From positions 621 through 64,620 of the forward strand of contig JAUYKZ010000001.1 of NCBI GenBank assembly GCA_030704845.1: a DNA stretch of 64,000 nucleotides, given 5' to 3'. Below, one piece after another: positions 47,956 to 57,269 of this stretch. The stretch is from an archaeon. GTDB taxonomy: Archaea; Nanobdellota; Nanobdellia; Woesearchaeales; GW2011-AR9. Position 1 is the first letter of the stretch; each line of letters starts with the position of its first letter. The position numbers were made by a program, and so were the translations under genes. The notes beneath the pieces are model-generated. The model saw only the letters and a list, made by a program, of their open reading frames with translations. It was not told the DNA's origin and did no database searches.

Positions 47956-48132
47956 TGTTAATAACTTATACTAAAGTGCCAAAGCTTTCGAACTTATTTT
48001 TGGCACTTTATATATATAAAATGCGTTAATATATTCGAAATCTAACGCATTTTAGTATATTTTGCAACCTAATGCGAATGATCTCTAAATAGGTAGATTT
48101 ATTAAAAAACTTGCTTTAATTTATTATGAATT

Positions 48133-48384
48133 ATGGGCATACTTAAAACTCTTGGCAAAAACCTTCTAGTGATATTAATCGGTGGGTTAACTGGCGGAAT
48201 TATTTCAATTCCTTTTGCTATCGTCTGGATGAAAAGTATCGGCCCTCAAGTTGGTTTAGGAATTATCGCTTTATTACCAATAATTTTGATTCTTTATTTT
48301 ATTATAGGAGCTTTCATTGGTGCAGTTCTAGGATTATTTATCTACCATCTATTTATCAAACGAAAATCTAAAACCAAACGTTAG
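48133..48384 (+). CDS. Small membrane protein (83 aa, 2 transmembrane helices)
   Basis: Two hydrophobic helices and a basic C-terminal tail. Confidence 0.45.
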   Translation: MGILKTLGKNLLVILIGGLTGGIISIPFAIVWMKSIGPQVGLGIIALLPIILILYFIIGAFIGAVLGLFIYHLFIKRKSKTKR

Positions 48385-48400
48385 AAAAACATAAATCAAA

Positions 48401-49540
48401 CTATTCACTTGCTTCTTGTTTTTCTAACCACTTCTGTTTAAGAATTTTAAAAGTCTCTTCCGAGATAGAACTTCTAATATCTTCCATTAATTTACAATAA
48501 AAGTAAAGGTTGTGGTAAGTCATTAATGAATAAAATAATAATTCTTTTACTTTATAGAGATGATGAATATATCCTTTTGAATAATTCTTACAGACGAAAC
48601 AGGAACAATTTGGATCTAATGATGAATTATCCTCTTTAAATTGCGAATTACCAATTCTCACTCTAAACTTGTTATCGACATTTCCGCCAGATTCTGGTCT
48701 AACAAAAAAGTAACCCAATCTAGCTAGTCGTGTTGGAAGAACACAATCAAATGTATCCGCGCCGCATTCAACATAATCAAAAATATCTTCCACGCTACCT
48801 ATCCCTAACATGTGTTTAGGTTTATCTTCTGGAAGAAATGTCATGGTATGTTTAACTATCCCATGAATCTCTTTGGTAGGATCACCAAATATTCCGCCAA
48901 TACCATAGCCGGGGAAGGGGAGAGAAGCGATAAATTTGGCTGATTCTTCTCTAAGATCTTTAAATCTACCTCCTTGAACGATTCCAAAGAGTGCTTGATT
49001 TGAATTGCTTTTTTGATGTTCTTTTAAACATCTTAATGTCCATTGATGAGTTCTTCCCATGGCTTCTTTTGTTCTTTCAAGACTGTCATTAAAATGGACG
49101 CATTCGTCAAAAGTGAAAATGATATCTGCTCCGATATTCTGCTGAATTTGCATAGATTTTTCCGGAGTAAACCTGTGAGAAGAGTTGTCAATGTAAGATT
49201 TGAAATCAACTCCTTCGTCATCTGTCTTTGAAAGTCGACCGTTTAAACTGAATACTTGAAATCCTCCGCTGTCGGTAAATGTCGTTCCATCCCATGCCAT
49301 GAATGAATTTAATCCTCCTAATTTAGAAATAATTTCATCTCCTGGTTTAAGATAAAGATGATAAGTATTCGCTAAAGTTGCTTCGTATCCAATTTCTTTT
49401 AATTGTTGTGCAGATAATCCTTTGATAGCTGCTCGTGTTGCAACCGGAATAAAAGCTGGCGTTTTAAGATTACCATGGGCGGTTGTAATTATACCACATC
49501 TAGCCAGGCCGTCTTTGTGAATTATTTGAAAGGATAGCAT
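48401..49540 (-). CDS. tgt: tRNA-guanine transglycosylase, bacterial QueTgt-like
   Basis: MLSFQIIHKDGLARCG...TPAFIPVAT...DSGGFQV and the zinc site CSCFVCKNY...H. The N-terminal region resembles bacterial Tgt rather than archaeosine ArcTGT. Confidence 0.85.
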   Translation of the reverse strand: MLSFQIIHKDGLARCGIITTAHGNLKTPAFIPVATRAAIKGLSAQQLKEIGYEATLANTYHLYLKPGDEIISKLGGLNSFMAWDGTTFTDSGGFQVFSLNGRLSKTDDEGVDFKSYIDNSSHRFTPEKSMQIQQNIGADIIFTFDECVHFNDSLERTKEAMGRTHQWTLRCLKEHQKSNSNQALFGIVQGGRFKDLREESAKFIASLPFPGYGIGGIFGDPTKEIHGIVKHTMTFLPEDKPKHMLGIGSVEDIFDYVECGADTFDCVLPTRLARLGYFFVRPESGGNVDNKFRVRIGNSQFKEDNSSLDPNCSCFVCKNYSKGYIHHLYKVKELLFYSLMTYHNLYFYCKLMEDIRSSISEETFKILKQKWLEKQEASE

Positions 49541-49545
49541 TTTTG

Positions 49546-50205
49546 TTATATCCGTTTATACCAATTACCATCATCACTTTCCACAAATCCCATCTGTTTA
49601 GCAATCTGGTCATATCGCTCAAAAAGTCTTAAACTAGAGGTTTTAGACTTCCATTCGTTGTTAACTGATCCTTGAATGCCAAGACATTTTGTTCTTAAAT
49701 TTTTAGCAATATACTCAACGCTTTTTACAAGAAGTTCTTCCCATTTTAATGGAGCTAATCCCCTGGAGTGAAAACATTTACTTTTATCGCTGTGTCTAAT
49801 CCTAGCTTGGATACCTTGAATTTGAGTAATCATCAACGTATCAACCGCGGGACATTTTATCCCGGTAATGGCTTCTGGCCAACCTTTGTACAATAAAGCA
49901 ATCCCAACCGGTGCATCAAGATAAATAACATTATTATAAGATCGACCATCTGGAAAGATTGTTCTTGACCAATAATCATCTCTTCCATGATCGAATTCTG
50001 CTCTTAACGGGGATAATTCATAATCACTTTTTCTTTTTTCAGAAAGTATTACTCCTTCCTTTGTAGAAGATTCTAATAGTTCTTCAAGAGGGATATGATT
50101 TAGTATCTTACTCCCAGAAACACTTCTTATTAGTCTCTCTTCCAATATTCGAACTTTTTTTTCTTTATCCCCAATTAATCTAATTAATTCTTTGATTATT
50201 CTCAT
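49546..50205 (-). CDS. Hypothetical protein, paralog A of a tandem pair (219 aa)
   Basis: Shares blocks with the next gene: GRDDYWSRTIF, LALLYKGWP, ITQIQGI, HSRGLAPLKWEELLVK. Separated from tgt by 5 nt. Confidence 0.55.
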   Translation of the reverse strand: MRIIKELIRLIGDKEKKVRILEERLIRSVSGSKILNHIPLEELLESSTKEGVILSEKRKSDYELSPLRAEFDHGRDDYWSRTIFPDGRSYNNVIYLDAPVGIALLYKGWPEAITGIKCPAVDTLMITQIQGIQARIRHSDKSKCFHSRGLAPLKWEELLVKSVEYIAKNLRTKCLGIQGSVNNEWKSKTSSLRLFERYDQIAKQMGFVESDDGNWYKRI

Positions 50206-50861
50206 TGCAGTTCCTTATACCAATTACTATCTGTTTCTTTAATATATCCAATTTTTTCAGCCGTTTCATCATATCTTTTTTTAACATTAGATCTAAATTG
50301 ATTTGAACCAAAACACCACCCGTTATTAGTTGATCCTTGTATTAAAATTCTGGTATATCCCGCTTTCTTAGAAATTTCTTCCATTAATTTAACTAAAAGT
50401 TCTTCCCATTTTAATGGAGCTAACCCTCTTGAATGTTTATGGCCAACGATTTTGTAACCTTTCCTAATTTCGGCTTTTACTCCTTGGATTTGAATTATTT
50501 GAACCGCATCTTCTTCGTCAGATTCCACTGTTGAACAGATTACCGCATTTGGTAATCCTTTGTATAATAAAGCGAGACCACTACGACTGTCCAAATAAAT
50601 ATCGTATCCTAGATTTTCTTTGAATATTCTTTGTGACCAATAATCATCATGTCCACAATTTAAGTTAAATTTAGGTTTAACTAGTCCTATCTTATAATCT
50701 TTTAATCTTTTATCAGAAAGCTTAACATTTTCAAGAGCTGAATCCTTAAGAAGTTTTTCAAGGTCTATGGTATGGTGTAATTTACCAACTACTTCTTGTA
50801 GTCTTCTATCTGGGTCCAATTTAATTCTCGAAATTGAGGGAATTAAGTCTTCTGTTTCCAT
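50202..50861 (-). CDS. Hypothetical protein, paralog B of a tandem pair (219 aa)
   Basis: GHDDYWSQRIF, LALLYKGLP, IQIQGV, HSRGLAPLKWEELLVK. Overlaps paralog A by 4 nt. Confidence 0.55.
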   Translation of the reverse strand: METEDLIPSISRIKLDPDRRLQEVVGKLHHTIDLEKLLKDSALENVKLSDKRLKDYKIGLVKPKFNLNCGHDDYWSQRIFKENLGYDIYLDSRSGLALLYKGLPNAVICSTVESDEEDAVQIIQIQGVKAEIRKGYKIVGHKHSRGLAPLKWEELLVKLMEEISKKAGYTRILIQGSTNNGWCFGSNQFRSNVKKRYDETAEKIGYIKETDSNWYKELQ

Positions 50862-51199
50862 AATGCCCTTTTTTACTTTTTTCTTTATAAATTTTCATGC
50901 TCAAAATGTTAAAAGAAAACCTTTAATAATATCCTTTCTTTACTAATAAAAAAGAGGTATAACAAAACATTTTTAAGCTGAATTGTTTTTATTGCCAATT
51001 CTAAGGAAAATGTATTCGAATTATATCCTTATATCCAATCGTATATAACTTGGAGGAGTGGTTTTTATCGTAAGCAATAACAAAGAATGTCGAAAAATTT
51101 TATTTTTGTATTGAAAAAGAATATCTCTTTGTTTCTTCTAAATCCAACTCTCAACCAAAAGCAAGTTTGTTTCTTAAATAAATTCGAGGTAAAATAGCA

Positions 51200-51751
51200 A
51201 TGAATGTTAATAATCGTAAGTCTAAAGTGGTTATTGGATGTCGTATTCCAAAAGATTTCTTCATCACTGAAGGTGTTGGCGAAAGCAACATTACAATTCA
51301 TGCGGGTTCTTATCATCTTGCTTTAAAGAATGCGGGGATAGAAATGTGTAATATTATGACTTATTCTTCAATTCTTCCTAGCATTGCTAATGAGATTAAA
51401 CGACCTTCAAAATTGGTTCACGGTTCAGTCATGGAAACGATAATGGCTACAACAAATTCTAAAAAAGGTCAACTAGCAACGGTAGGAATCATTTTTGGAT
51501 GGTTGTATAACAAAAAAAATGGTAAAAAATACGGTGGTCTTGTTTGCGAATATAATGGACATATTGCGGAATCATTAGCTAGAAAACAATTAGCTGAAAG
51601 TATTCAAGAATTGTATACTAACGGTTTCTCTAAAGATTTTGATTTAAAAGAGATTAAAACAATCTCCGAAAGTTTCATCCCAAAAAAGAAATTTGGTACG
51701 GCTATAGTTGCTCTTTGTTTTACTAATTATGTGGTGCCTTTATTGAAATAA
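51200..51751 (+). CDS. pdaD: Pyruvoyl-dependent arginine decarboxylase
   Basis: PKDFFITEGVGES...YHLALKNAGIEMCNIMTYSSILP matches the PdaD proenzyme cleavage region (Ser of the pyruvoyl site). Confidence 0.8.
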   Translation: MNVNNRKSKVVIGCRIPKDFFITEGVGESNITIHAGSYHLALKNAGIEMCNIMTYSSILPSIANEIKRPSKLVHGSVMETIMATTNSKKGQLATVGIIFGWLYNKKNGKKYGGLVCEYNGHIAESLARKQLAESIQELYTNGFSKDFDLKEIKTISESFIPKKKFGTAIVALCFTNYVVPLLK

Positions 51752-51895
51752 TCAAAATTCATTATTTTTTTAATTTATTACATTAATTAAATAATACCTT
51801 TCGTAATCATTTTTCGGTAGTAAATCATCCAAAAGGTTTATAAATCATAAACCCAATTTGCTTCTATACAAATTAAAATTTAAGAGTTAGCAAAA

Positions 51896-52387
51896 ATGAC
51901 AATTGACGAAAATGTTTTGGAACAACTTTCAGTTGCTAGAACTTTTGCTGAAAGAGGAAATGTCTCATCAATGGACTGTGTTCTTAATTATGTAAGAGCC
52001 TGTTCTAAAAGAACCGGCGAAAATTTGTCTAATGAAGTAAAAGAAATTGAAAAAGCGGGGTATAGGGCAGCTATTCCTATTGAACTTTTGATTGCTAGAT
52101 ATCATGCAGAAACTGGCGAGATTGAAATTGCAGAACAGATTCTTTCTCTTGTAAAAGTATATGCTAACAGAACTGGTGAAGACGTTTCTGATGATATCAA
52201 AGAAATTGAGAAATCTGGATATATTGCGGCAATTCCGGTAGAACTTTCGGTTGCAAGATATCATGCTTTGGATGGTAATTCTCCCGCTGCAGAGAATTTC
52301 ATATCTTATGCAATGCGATATGCTAGGAAAGCAGGACAAGATATTTCTGAGATGGTTGCCGAAATTAGGGCATTGATTAAAAAATAA
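51896..52387 (+). CDS. Hypothetical protein built from three ~48-aa tandem repeats
   Basis: The unit RTGE(N/D)(L/V)S(N/D)(E/D)(V/I)KEIEK(A/S)GY(R/I)AAIP(I/V)EL(L/S)(I/V)ARYHA recurs three times. Confidence 0.5.
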   Translation: MTIDENVLEQLSVARTFAERGNVSSMDCVLNYVRACSKRTGENLSNEVKEIEKAGYRAAIPIELLIARYHAETGEIEIAEQILSLVKVYANRTGEDVSDDIKEIEKSGYIAAIPVELSVARYHALDGNSPAAENFISYAMRYARKAGQDISEMVAEIRALIKK

Positions 52388-52465
52388 TTTATTCGGTTCA
52401 GTTAAAGGCAGTTTAAACTAAATCTTTAAATAATAGTTTTTTTTATTAAGTAAAAAGAGGTTTGT

Positions 52466-53485
52466 TTGATGAAGAAAATAATTTACTTAATTTTAATAAT
52501 TTTTTTAATAAGTGGTTGTTCTAGACCATTAGAAAATGTTCCAACGAATGAACTTGTTCCATCAAACGAACAAATAATTCCCCCAGATTATTCTAATCAA
52601 TTACCAAGAGAAATGCCTGAATCTCCCGGACATGCGATTGTAGATGAACCTGAAGTAGTTCAATTAGTGTCAAAATGGAAAATTGGTGGATCGGCTATCC
52701 CCGGAAATTATGCTGATGCCGATATAATAAAATTAGATGATGGCAAATATCGTATGTATTATTCTCCCGAACCGGAAGTGCCTGGTTTCAAAGGACAAAT
52801 CTATTCAGCTTTATCTTCAGATGGGATAACTTGGAGTCAAGAAAGTGGCGAAAGAAAACAAGGAGCAACTTTTCCTTCGTTGATTAAGCTTTCAGATGGC
52901 AAATATAGAATGTATTTCCAAAGTCAAGGAGTTATAAATAGTGCATCTTCTTCAGATGGTTTAAATTGGAAAGACGATTCCGGAACAAGAATTGATACAC
53001 AAAATAATGTTGGATTAAATTTAGATAATGTTGCAGCTCCAACTGTGATAAAATTTGATAATCAATACTTGATGGTTTATCGAGGAACAATAAACGAAAA
53101 ATATCCTGGACAAGTTCCTAACAATAACATTCAATTACTTCTTTGGGCAGTTTCTAGTGATGGGCTGAAATTTGACAAAAAAGGAATAGCTCTTGATAGT
53201 AGAAATGATGAGTTTCAAGGATTACTGGACGGACCTGAACTTGTAACTTGGGATGATGGTTCTCTTAGTTTATATTTTTGGTCATATAAAGGGGTTTATC
53301 ATGTTCAATTTGAGAATGGCAAGTTCTCACAAACATCAGAATTTGACTTTACAACCTCTACTAATCCTCGCATGATCTTCCCAGAGAATCCTCCCGGAGA
53401 TCCTACTATAACTAGGATTGGAAATAAATGGTTCATGTATTATGGTCAGCATAAAGAAGGGATATTCTATGCTACAATTGGATAA
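52466..53485 (+). CDS. BNR-repeat (sialidase/glycoside-hydrolase-like beta-propeller) lipoprotein
   Basis: Lipobox LISGCS. Three S-x-D-G-x-x-W BNR motifs: SSDGITWSQ, SSDGLNWKD, SSDGLKFDK. Confidence 0.65.
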   Translation: MMKKIIYLILIIFLISGCSRPLENVPTNELVPSNEQIIPPDYSNQLPREMPESPGHAIVDEPEVVQLVSKWKIGGSAIPGNYADADIIKLDDGKYRMYYSPEPEVPGFKGQIYSALSSDGITWSQESGERKQGATFPSLIKLSDGKYRMYFQSQGVINSASSSDGLNWKDDSGTRIDTQNNVGLNLDNVAAPTVIKFDNQYLMVYRGTINEKYPGQVPNNNIQLLLWAVSSDGLKFDKKGIALDSRNDEFQGLLDGPELVTWDDGSLSLYFWSYKGVYHVQFENGKFSQTSEFDFTTSTNPRMIFPENPPGDPTITRIGNKWFMYYGQHKEGIFYATIG

Positions 53486-53536
53486 GGATTCTGATGAATC
53501 ACAACTTTTTAATACCTTAGTCTTTATCTCAGTTTT

Positions 53537-54631
53537 ATGAAAGATTTCACAATATTATCAAGACTTGCAAATCTTCCAACGGCTCCTTTTTATGAAGATG
53601 CGGTGCGGGAAGAGATTGAAAAAATTTTTCTAAAACTATTTCCAAAAAAAGAAGTTCAATGGAAAACTGATAAATATCAAAATTTAATTGTTACTTATAA
53701 TGGAGGTTCCGAAAAGAAACTAGCTTACGTAGTACATATGGATCATCCAGCATTTCATATCATTAAAGGCAAAGCAAAAATGATGGGCGGACTTAATCCG
53801 AACATTCTTCCAGGAACTCCCATTATTCTTCATGGGAAAAACAAATCAGAAAGGGCGATTTTGGGTTCACTAGGGGAAGATGGATTATTCTCTTTAAACA
53901 TCTCTGCTAGTGGTTATGTTTTTGCAACGTTAGATTTGTCTCCGTTGACGGTTGAAAATAACATCATTCGAGCTCCGGTTTTAGACGATCTAGCTTCTGC
54001 AGCTATGTCCTTGGCAGCATTAAAAAATATTGTTGAAAAAAAACTTCCAATTACAATTTATATTGTTTTTCATCGAGCAGAAGAAGTTTCATTCCAAGGA
54101 GCTTATGGTGTTGCGTCACAATATATCTTTCCTAAAGAGACATTAGTTTATTCCGTTGAAACAAGTTCTCACCTTGCCGATGGGAAGGAAATTGCTAAAG
54201 TAGGGGCAGGAGTTGTTCTTAGGACTGGAGATGCCTTAACTCCTATGTATGAAGAGACAGCGCTAACTTTGCTTAGGAAAGCAAAAAAAACTTTCAAAGG
54301 CAAAATTCAAGAAGTTCTAATGAATGCTGGAAGTTGTGAAGGATCGTTATATTATGCATTAGGTTATCGGGCAGCTGGAATTTGTTTGCCTTTAATTTCT
54401 TGGCATAATAACGGGGTGTTGGAAGGAAAAAATAGTGTTGTTCCAGAGGGTGTGCATAAGGATGATTTCCATGCAGGTACTGCTTATTTAATTCACGTCG
54501 CGGAAATTTTAGCTGATGATAATGTTCTTTATAAGAAACCATTAGAAGATAATTCAACAGAGAATCATAAGAAACTTGTTGAGTCTGTAAAGAAATCTTT
54601 TGAAAAATTTCATCAGGAAGGATTGATCTGA
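53537..54631 (+). CDS. M42-family (FrvX/CelM-like) metallopeptidase homolog
   Basis: VVHMDHPAF (the HMD block), LDDLASAA (in place of DDRAG), a AEEVSFQGA Glu-Glu block, and C-terminal His residues; 364 aa. Confidence 0.55.
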   Translation: MKDFTILSRLANLPTAPFYEDAVREEIEKIFLKLFPKKEVQWKTDKYQNLIVTYNGGSEKKLAYVVHMDHPAFHIIKGKAKMMGGLNPNILPGTPIILHGKNKSERAILGSLGEDGLFSLNISASGYVFATLDLSPLTVENNIIRAPVLDDLASAAMSLAALKNIVEKKLPITIYIVFHRAEEVSFQGAYGVASQYIFPKETLVYSVETSSHLADGKEIAKVGAGVVLRTGDALTPMYEETALTLLRKAKKTFKGKIQEVLMNAGSCEGSLYYALGYRAAGICLPLISWHNNGVLEGKNSVVPEGVHKDDFHAGTAYLIHVAEILADDNVLYKKPLEDNSTENHKKLVESVKKSFEKFHQEGLI

Positions 54632-54692
54632 TAAGTCCATTTTGTGATTAATCTAACTAAAGTTTTTATAAAATGAAGAAAACTTACTGTTT

Positions 54693-55700
54693 ATGTATAA
54701 ACTTAAACAAATCCCGGAAGACTTTTTGGTAACAGAAATAAGTTCTATTCCCCGCAGTGATAACGGAAGATATCATTATTATAAACTGAAGAAAAAGAAT
54801 AGAAATACAATAGATGCTGTTAAACAACTTGCTAAGACTTTAGGGATTAAAGAGAAACAAATCGGTTTTGCAGGTAACAAAGATAGAAATGCCGTGACAG
54901 AACAAATAATTTCGATAATTGGGGTAAATAAAGAAAAAATATCTAGCATAGCTCTCTCTGATATGTCTTTAGAATTCATTGGTTACGCTGATAAACCTAT
55001 CTCGCTAGGGGATTTGAATGGAAATGCTTTTGAAATCGTTGTAAGAAATCTTGATGATAATCAAATCACCAATAATCCCATCTCTTTCTGTGAAAATTAT
55101 TTTGATGAACAAAGATTTTCAAAGAATAATGTCGAGATAGGTAAGATGTTCCTTAAAAAGAATTTTGAAAAAGCTGTTGAGTTGATAGATCATCCTGTTT
55201 GTTTGAATCATTTAAAAAAATTTCCCAAAGATTTTGTTGGAGCAATAAGAAGAATACCCATTCGTTCATTAAGAATATATGTTAACGCTTATCAAAGCAT
55301 GTTATGGAATAAAACAGTTGTTTCTTATTTAGAAAGGCATTGTTCGGTTGTAAAGAAAGTACCTTATTCTCAGGGGGAACTTGTTTTTGTGAAAGATAAA
55401 ATAGATTTAAAAGTCCCGATTGTTGGTTTTGATAGTCGTTCGTTAGAATCTGGTGAGATTAAACAGATTATTGTAGATTTATTGAAAAAAGAAGAAATGG
55501 AATATTCAGATTTTCTAATAAAACAAATACCTCAGCTAAGTCTAGAAGGAGAGTTAAGGACTGTTTTCATTGATGTGAATAATTTCGTTTTAGGTAAATC
55601 AGAGGATGATGAATTAAATTTTGAGAAGAAAAAAATTAAGATTTCTTTTACTTTGCCGAAAGGCAGTTATGCTACAATGGTTGTTAAGAAAGTTTTTTAA
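54693..55700 (+). CDS. truD: tRNA pseudouridine(13) synthase TruD/Pus7
   Basis: Signature IGFAGNKDRNAVTEQ (the catalytic Asp in GxKD) and a C-terminal TruD domain. Confidence 0.8.
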   Translation: MYKLKQIPEDFLVTEISSIPRSDNGRYHYYKLKKKNRNTIDAVKQLAKTLGIKEKQIGFAGNKDRNAVTEQIISIIGVNKEKISSIALSDMSLEFIGYADKPISLGDLNGNAFEIVVRNLDDNQITNNPISFCENYFDEQRFSKNNVEIGKMFLKKNFEKAVELIDHPVCLNHLKKFPKDFVGAIRRIPIRSLRIYVNAYQSMLWNKTVVSYLERHCSVVKKVPYSQGELVFVKDKIDLKVPIVGFDSRSLESGEIKQIIVDLLKKEEMEYSDFLIKQIPQLSLEGELRTVFIDVNNFVLGKSEDDELNFEKKKIKISFTLPKGSYATMVVKKVF

Positions 55701-55768
55701 GGTGATTTTTATAATCTTTAATGGCGATTATTAGTAAAGTTTAAAAGCTTCTATCTCATTTTAAGAAC

Positions 55769-56542
55769 ATGCATACTCAATCAATTTACATTTTAGGTAG
55801 TGTGATCTTGGTATCTTTAATATCTTTAATTGGATTAATTTCTCTTTCAATGGATCGTAAATTTCTGAACAGAATCCTTTTAATTTTGGTTAGTATCTCT
55901 GCTGGAACTCTTTTTGGTGGTGCATTCTTACATCTGCTACCGGAAGCCGTGGAAATGGCGGGTGGATTTACGATTAATATCTCATTATATGTTTTAGGTG
56001 GGATTGTAGTATTCTTTATTCTAGAGAAAATAATTCATTTCCATCACCATCATCACGCTCATAATCATAAAGAATCTTTACTTCACGAACCACACCCACA
56101 TCATATTGGGGTAATGAATCTTATCGGCGATGGATTACACAACTTTCTTGATGGACTGATTATCGCGGGGGCATATTTTGTTAGTATTCCGGTGGGTATC
56201 GCTACTACTGTAGCAGTTATTTTCCATGAGATCCCTCAAGAATTAGCTGATTTTGGGGTTTTGTTATATGCTGGTTTCTCGAAAGGAAAAGCAATTGTTC
56301 TTAACCTTATTTCAGCTTTAGTTGCAGTGGTTGGAGCCTTAATTGGTATATTTTTTGGAGCATCTTCTCAACAATTTATTGCTGTCATTCTTCCTTTTGC
56401 TGCCGGCGGATTTTTATATATTGCTGGATCAAATTTAATCCCGGAACTGCATAAACATTGCAAGTTGAAAGAATCTTTTATTCATTTATTTGCGTTGCTT
56501 CTAGGGATAGGTATAACTGCGGGGTTGTTGTTCGTTAAATAA
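55769..56542 (+). CDS. ZIP-family zinc transporter
   Basis: His-rich loop HFHHHHHAHNH, the HEIPQELADF motif, and 8 transmembrane helices. Confidence 0.8.
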   Translation: MHTQSIYILGSVILVSLISLIGLISLSMDRKFLNRILLILVSISAGTLFGGAFLHLLPEAVEMAGGFTINISLYVLGGIVVFFILEKIIHFHHHHHAHNHKESLLHEPHPHHIGVMNLIGDGLHNFLDGLIIAGAYFVSIPVGIATTVAVIFHEIPQELADFGVLLYAGFSKGKAIVLNLISALVAVVGALIGIFFGASSQQFIAVILPFAAGGFLYIAGSNLIPELHKHCKLKESFIHLFALLLGIGITAGLLFVK

Positions 56543-56609
56543 TCTTGGGCAGGAATCTCTTTATTATTAGAAAAGCTTAATAAATGGGCTAGAAAACTAT
56601 AGTTTAGAT

Positions 56610-56728
56610 GGGCTTGTAGTATAGTGGATAGTACGGCCGGCTTCGGGAAGTGGAAGTATTGTCTTCACTTGCAGTCACCGGCTAACCGGGGTTCGAATTT
56701 GAAAAAAACGAAAGTCCCTGCAAGCCCA
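56610..56728 (+). tRNA. tRNA-Arg (anticodon UCG) with two introns (30 nt after position 37; about 17 nt in the T-loop region)
   Basis: Acceptor GGGCUUG/CAAGCCC. D-arm GUAU-AGUGGAUA-GUAC. Anticodon stem GCCGG/CCGGC with loop CUUCGG-[30 nt]-A. T-region CGGGG-UUCGAAU-[UUGAAAAAAACGAAAG]-(U)CCCUG. Confidence 0.7.
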
Positions 56729-56738
56729 TTCATTTCAA

Positions 56739-57248
56739 ATGAATTTGCAAATAGGAGTATTCGGAAGTGCATCTACGACTAATAAGAAATACCTAGATCT
56801 TGCTCAGGAAACTGGGAAACTTTTAGCTGAAAATGAAGTGACTATTTTTTGTGGTAATGTTACAGGGATTTTAGGCGCAACCATTAAGGGAGCTAAATTA
56901 GTTAATGGAAAGACAGTTGTTGTTGCTCCATATGATCATAAAAATTTAGATTTATCTAATGTTGATGTTTACATCGCAAGTTCATTAAATTGGTTCTCTA
57001 GAGGTCCATCATTGGTAAATTCTTTGAACGGAATAATTGTAATCAGCGGAGGCGTTGGAACTCTAACTGAAATGGCCTACGCCTGGTGGGAAGAAGTACC
57101 TATTGTAATTGTAAGAACTGGGGGGATTAATGACCAATATATTGGAAAAACATTTGATCCAAGGAAGAAGCATAAACTTTTAGGTGCAGATACACCTAAA
57201 GAAGCAGTTGATTTATTACTGAAAACGATCTCTAAAAGAAAAAGTTAG
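56739..57248 (+). CDS. LOG/TIGR00725-family Rossmann-fold nucleotide-binding protein
   Basis: IGVFGSAS...FCGNVTG...VISGGVGTLTEM motifs. Confidence 0.7.
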   Translation: MNLQIGVFGSASTTNKKYLDLAQETGKLLAENEVTIFCGNVTGILGATIKGAKLVNGKTVVVAPYDHKNLDLSNVDVYIASSLNWFSRGPSLVNSLNGIIVISGGVGTLTEMAYAWWEEVPIVIVRTGGINDQYIGKTFDPRKKHKLLGADTPKEAVDLLLKTISKRKS

Positions 57249-57269
57249 TTTCATCGCTACTTATTATCA

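Noticed and set aside
51065-51316. 83-aa minus-strand ORF overlapping the pdaD start
   Set aside because: It overlaps the motif-supported PdaD gene and its upstream promoter region, and the peptide is low complexity. Spurious.
51968-52339. 123-aa minus-strand ORF inside the repeat-protein gene
   Set aside because: It is a reverse-frame echo of the triple nucleotide repeat. The plus-strand product has a coherent repeated peptide unit, so the plus-strand reading is preferred.
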